Part shown: positions 29,097-32,000 of the stretch, piece after piece
How positions within the stretch are numbered: position 1 is the first letter of the stretch
Layout: every line of letters starts with the position of its first letter
DNA from: Cylindrospermopsis raciborskii Cr2010
GTDB taxonomy: Bacteria; Cyanobacteriota; Cyanobacteriia; Cyanobacteriales; Nostocaceae
Reading direction: 5' to 3'
DNA length: 32,000 nt
Assembly: GCF_003367075.2 (NCBI RefSeq)
Contig: NZ_CP065936.1
Span: 1,140,001 to 1,172,000, forward strand
Position numbers and translations under genes: made by a program
The notes under the pieces: model-generated
Database searches by the model: none
Told to the model about the DNA's origin: nothing
The model's input: only the letters and a program-made list of their open reading frames with translations

Positions 29097-29855
29097 TTAA
29101 ATTAATACTCTTTGAAAAACTACTGCTAATATCATTGCCACAATTGCCCCTATTAATGTATTGAAAATATTCACCACTTCATTAGTTAGCCACGTATATT
29201 TAGATTGCAATGTTGCACCAATTACACTTTCTAAATTAGTCGCAATAAATGAGGCGATCGCACACCAAAAAATTCCTGGCATATCTATTAAATTTACACT
29301 CCATCCCACAATGGCCACTAAAATTGAACCGACCATACCAGCTAGAGTTCCTTCTAAGCTAATTGCACCTTCTGTACCTCTGGGTACTGGTTGTAGGGTA
29401 GTGATTAAAAATGTACGTTTTCCGTATGCTTTACCTATTTCACTAGCAGTTGTATCAGATAATTTGGTGCTAAAACTGGCTACATAACCTAAGCATAGCA
29501 AATAACTCCAAGCGGGTAGTAATAATACTCCCAGGGAACATAAAGCTCCAATTAAAGCAGACCCCCAAACGTTTTCTGGACCTCGAGCACCAGAGCGTTT
29601 TTCCGCAATTCCCTGAACTTGTTTCTGTTTAATCCCAATGCGAGTCACTCCCGAACCAACAATAAAATAAAATCCCACTACTAAATATCCTGGCCATCCT
29701 AATGTTCCCCAGATGATCACACCCAATAACCAAGCATGACGAATACCCGCGGGGGTCAATAGTTTATTGGGGATCCTATCAACCAATGTCAGTAAAGCAG
29801 CGTTTAATGCTCCACCTGCTAACCAGGGATTAATGGTGTTGAATAGTTCTAACAT
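29097..29855 (-). CDS. DUF92/TIGR00297 family integral membrane protein (VTE6-like)
   Basis: KRSGARGPENVWGSAL, SFSTKLSDTTASEIGKAYGKRTFLITTLQPVPRGTEGAISLEGTLAG. Confidence 0.9.
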   Translation of the reverse strand: MLELFNTINPWLAGGALNAALLTLVDRIPNKLLTPAGIRHAWLLGVIIWGTLGWPGYLVVGFYFIVGSGVTRIGIKQKQVQGIAEKRSGARGPENVWGSALIGALCSLGVLLLPAWSYLLCLGYVASFSTKLSDTTASEIGKAYGKRTFLITTLQPVPRGTEGAISLEGTLAGMVGSILVAIVGWSVNLIDMPGIFWCAIASFIATNLESVIGATLQSKYTWLTNEVVNIFNTLIGAIVAMILAVVFQRVLI

Positions 29856-29891
29856 GGTAAATCAATTATAAATTATGGCTATCTAGGGTAT

Positions 29892-30935
29892 TTAACCACA
29901 ATCAGTATAGGTTAAGTGTAATAAATTCGCTAACTTATAAACAATTCTCGCACCTACGTTACCATCCCACTCCCCGTCACCAACCTCACACACATCAAAA
30001 CCAATAATCTTTCTACCAGTTTTGACCACTTTCCTGAATAAACCATAAGCTTGCTCCAATTCCAATCCACCAGGTACGGGGGTTCCAGTGTGAGGACAAA
30101 GTTTGGGATCTAAACCATCAACATCAAAGCTGATGTAAACATGGTGGGGTAAATTAGCCACTATTTCTTCACATAGGTCATTCCAGGTTTTACCAGCATA
30201 TTGCTGCTGTTTAATGATTGGGTCATAATAAGCCACAATGCGATTATTTGAACCTTTGATAATTTCTACTTCGTCAATACAAATATCCCGTAAACCAACC
30301 TGGACTAATTTGGATATCTGGGGTATTCCCAGTGCATTGAACATAATTGACCCATGGGAAAATTCAAATCCTTCATAAGCAGGTCTTAGATCTGCATGTG
30401 CATCTATATGTAAAATACCAAAATCAGAGTATTGACTCCCTAGAGCTTGTAAATAACCCAAGGGTGAACTGTGGTCACCACCAATAACCCCTACTTTTTT
30501 CCCCTGGGAGATTGTCTGTTGACACTGGTCAAATAACCACTTGTTCAAGTCTCTCCCTGCTTGGTTTACTTCCGCTAGTATACCGGTTAAGTCTGGCTCT
30601 GCTTTTAGAGCTTTACCCTCTGCTTGTCTTTGAATAATTTTGGCAGCTTGTTGACGATAATAATGATTTTTATCTAGAATATCTTGGGAGATTTCCATGA
30701 GAAAAATCCCTTGTTTCCAACCGTCAGGGTTATCAAGGTCAAATAAATCTATTTGGTAGGAACCATCCAAAATCCGCTGTGGTCCATTCCCAGTTCCAGT
30801 CCGATATGAAACGGTTACTTCCCAGGGAACGGGGAAGATTATTAAATTAGCAGAATCATAAGTGTCTGGTAACCCTAACAGATTACCATTGATTTGTGAT
30901 ATACCACTGGGATCGTAGTCTTGAATATTGCTCAT
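29892..30935 (-). CDS. speB: Agmatinase/arginase (ureohydrolase) family enzyme
   Basis: Metal-binding motifs GGDHSSP, HIDAHADLR, SFDVDGLDP. Confidence 0.88.
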   Translation of the reverse strand: MSNIQDYDPSGISQINGNLLGLPDTYDSANLIIFPVPWEVTVSYRTGTGNGPQRILDGSYQIDLFDLDNPDGWKQGIFLMEISQDILDKNHYYRQQAAKIIQRQAEGKALKAEPDLTGILAEVNQAGRDLNKWLFDQCQQTISQGKKVGVIGGDHSSPLGYLQALGSQYSDFGILHIDAHADLRPAYEGFEFSHGSIMFNALGIPQISKLVQVGLRDICIDEVEIIKGSNNRIVAYYDPIIKQQQYAGKTWNDLCEEIVANLPHHVYISFDVDGLDPKLCPHTGTPVPGGLELEQAYGLFRKVVKTGRKIIGFDVCEVGDGEWDGNVGARIVYKLANLLHLTYTDCG

Positions 30936-31003
30936 GGTTATAGTTCATAGTTTTATGGTTTATTTTGCACGACTACTTAATACAACTCCTATACTACCAT
31001 AAA

Positions 31004-31035
31004 GCAAAAAAAAGGTTTGGACCCTAGCCAAACCT
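31004..31035 (-). terminator. Intrinsic terminator downstream of the 31134-31619 gene
   Basis: Minus strand: AGGTTTGG CTAGGGT CCAAACCT followed by an uninterrupted T tract; perfect 8-bp stem. Confidence 0.85.
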
Positions 31036-31133
31036 CCAAAATTGCTGTGCTTAACAACGTACTCAACTAATTTATTCCCAGTTCTATGACAAATCAACTT
31101 TCTGGAGTATCTTGCTAAATCTATAGGAGTACG

Positions 31134-31619
31134 CTACTCACCAGAGCTTACCCAGCGTGCCACAGCCCGCCAATATGCTGCTAAAGGGATCTGATAAATT
31201 TCTATAAATACCCAGATCACAATGGCTAGATGTAGCACAAAGGTCAACAAGGTCCAAATATAAGGTATCCAAAACAGCATGGGACTTGAGGGCAAATAAT
31301 AAGCACTTATACCAATCAAGAATGTAGGAACCATGACAAAAGCTATCCCAGCTACAGCATAACCCCACCCCAACTCCATACCTTCTATTTGTCCTTGACT
31401 CCAATTATAACCATTCCAATGCCATATTAGGGGAGGTTGTCGGGAAGGCATCTTGACCTGCTGTGATTGTAAGTTGACCGTAAAAATTTCTTGACAAAAG
31501 TCACAAAACATTGCTTCCATTAAAGGCATGGTCTCAATTTTACCAACGCGACAGGATGGACATGGGTATCTTTGATTAAAATTTAAAGGTCTAGAGACAA
31601 TTGGTAAATCCTTCATCAT
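31134..31619 (-). CDS. Zinc-ribbon plus two-TM conserved hypothetical protein
   Basis: CPSCRVGK...CDFC zinc ribbon, followed by two hydrophobic segments. Confidence 0.75.
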   Translation of the reverse strand: MMKDLPIVSRPLNFNQRYPCPSCRVGKIETMPLMEAMFCDFCQEIFTVNLQSQQVKMPSRQPPLIWHWNGYNWSQGQIEGMELGWGYAVAGIAFVMVPTFLIGISAYYLPSSPMLFWIPYIWTLLTFVLHLAIVIWVFIEIYQIPLAAYWRAVARWVSSGE

Positions 31620-31702
31620 ACGCCCTCACAAATTATTAACCGCCTTATAAAGATCCCAATCCAACCAGGTCAATAGGAAATGCGATCGCCTGCATTCCTG
31701 AG

Positions 31703-32000
31703 CTATTTCAAGGCCCTTAACAAATTATCTTTAGCACTTTCTAAAGCTTGTGGTAACTTACTAGCATCCCTACCTCCAGCTTGAGCAAGATTGGGTTTTC
31801 CACCACCTCCCCCACCACAGAGTTTTGCTATATTACCAACAAACTTACCAGCTTGCAAACCTTTTTCATTAACATCAGAACTAAATGCAGCAACTATACT
31901 GACCTTTCCAGGTTCGGGAATGGAAGCTAAAACCACTGCTCCATTGAGAATTTTTTGCAATAGTCTTTCAGCAGCATCCTTGAGGGATTCTGGATCAATA
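31703..32000 (-). CDS. alaS: Alanyl-tRNA synthetase, C-terminal DHHA1 region (gene continues beyond window)
   Basis: ...DPESLKDAAERLLQKILNGAVVLASIPEPGKVSIVAAFSSDVNEKGLQAGKFVGNIAKLCGGGGGGKPNLAQAGGRDASKLPQALE. The ORF-track start at 31960 is an internal TTG. Confidence 0.93.
   Translation of the reverse strand, partial: IDPESLKDAAERLLQKILNGAVVLASIPEPGKVSIVAAFSSDVNEKGLQAGKFVGNIAKLCGGGGGGKPNLAQAGGRDASKLPQALESAKDNLLRALK

Noticed and set aside
31703-31960. ORF-track start of the alaS fragment at 31960
   Set aside because: The start is an internal TTG; the reading frame continues to the window edge with alanyl-tRNA synthetase sequence.
1-32000. Searched by eye for CRISPR arrays, tRNA/rRNA genes, intact transposases, toxin-antitoxin pairs and retrons
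   Set aside because: No regularly spaced repeats, no convincing cloverleaf or rRNA sequence and no such protein families were seen; a tRNAscan-SE/Infernal run would be needed to exclude short RNAs.

Overview
This 32 kb window looks like ordinary chromosomal sequence from a filamentous cyanobacterium: photosystem II genes, ycf4, an HLIP, HIP1 octamers and DUF29 proteins are all present. Most ORFs belong to recognisable families. In window order they are: the tail of a Gly-rich RRM RNA-binding protein, a zinc alcohol dehydrogenase, a beta-ketoacyl synthase, a lipoprotein cyclophilin, ycf4, overlapping psbD-psbC, a cysteine desulfurase, a Bcp/PrxQ peroxiredoxin, a stand-alone photolyase-type FAD domain protein, a TPR protein, ruvB, hisF, dapB, a MacAB-like three-gene exporter, a second TPR protein, a response regulator, a gyrA-family gene, an HLIP, two DUF29 proteins, a C39-like ABC exporter next to a parvulin, a DUF92/TIGR00297 protein, an agmatinase-family enzyme and the 3' end of alaS. 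No CRISPR array, prophage, intact transposon or clear defence island is visible. The strongest candidates for a second look are: (1) a parvulin + ABC exporter locus whose C39 peptidase domain appears catalytically dead, with a perfect 12-bp inverted repeat between the two genes; (2) a dispersed ~100-bp palindromic repeat family that abuts gene stop codons, one copy supplying the stop of the ketoacyl synthase; (3) a photolyase-like FAD domain protein lacking the N-terminal domain but with a C-terminal Cys cluster; (4) a GyrA/ParC homologue with no recognisable GyrA box; (5) a structured psbD leader. I do not see one unambiguous, previously undescribed multi-gene system.
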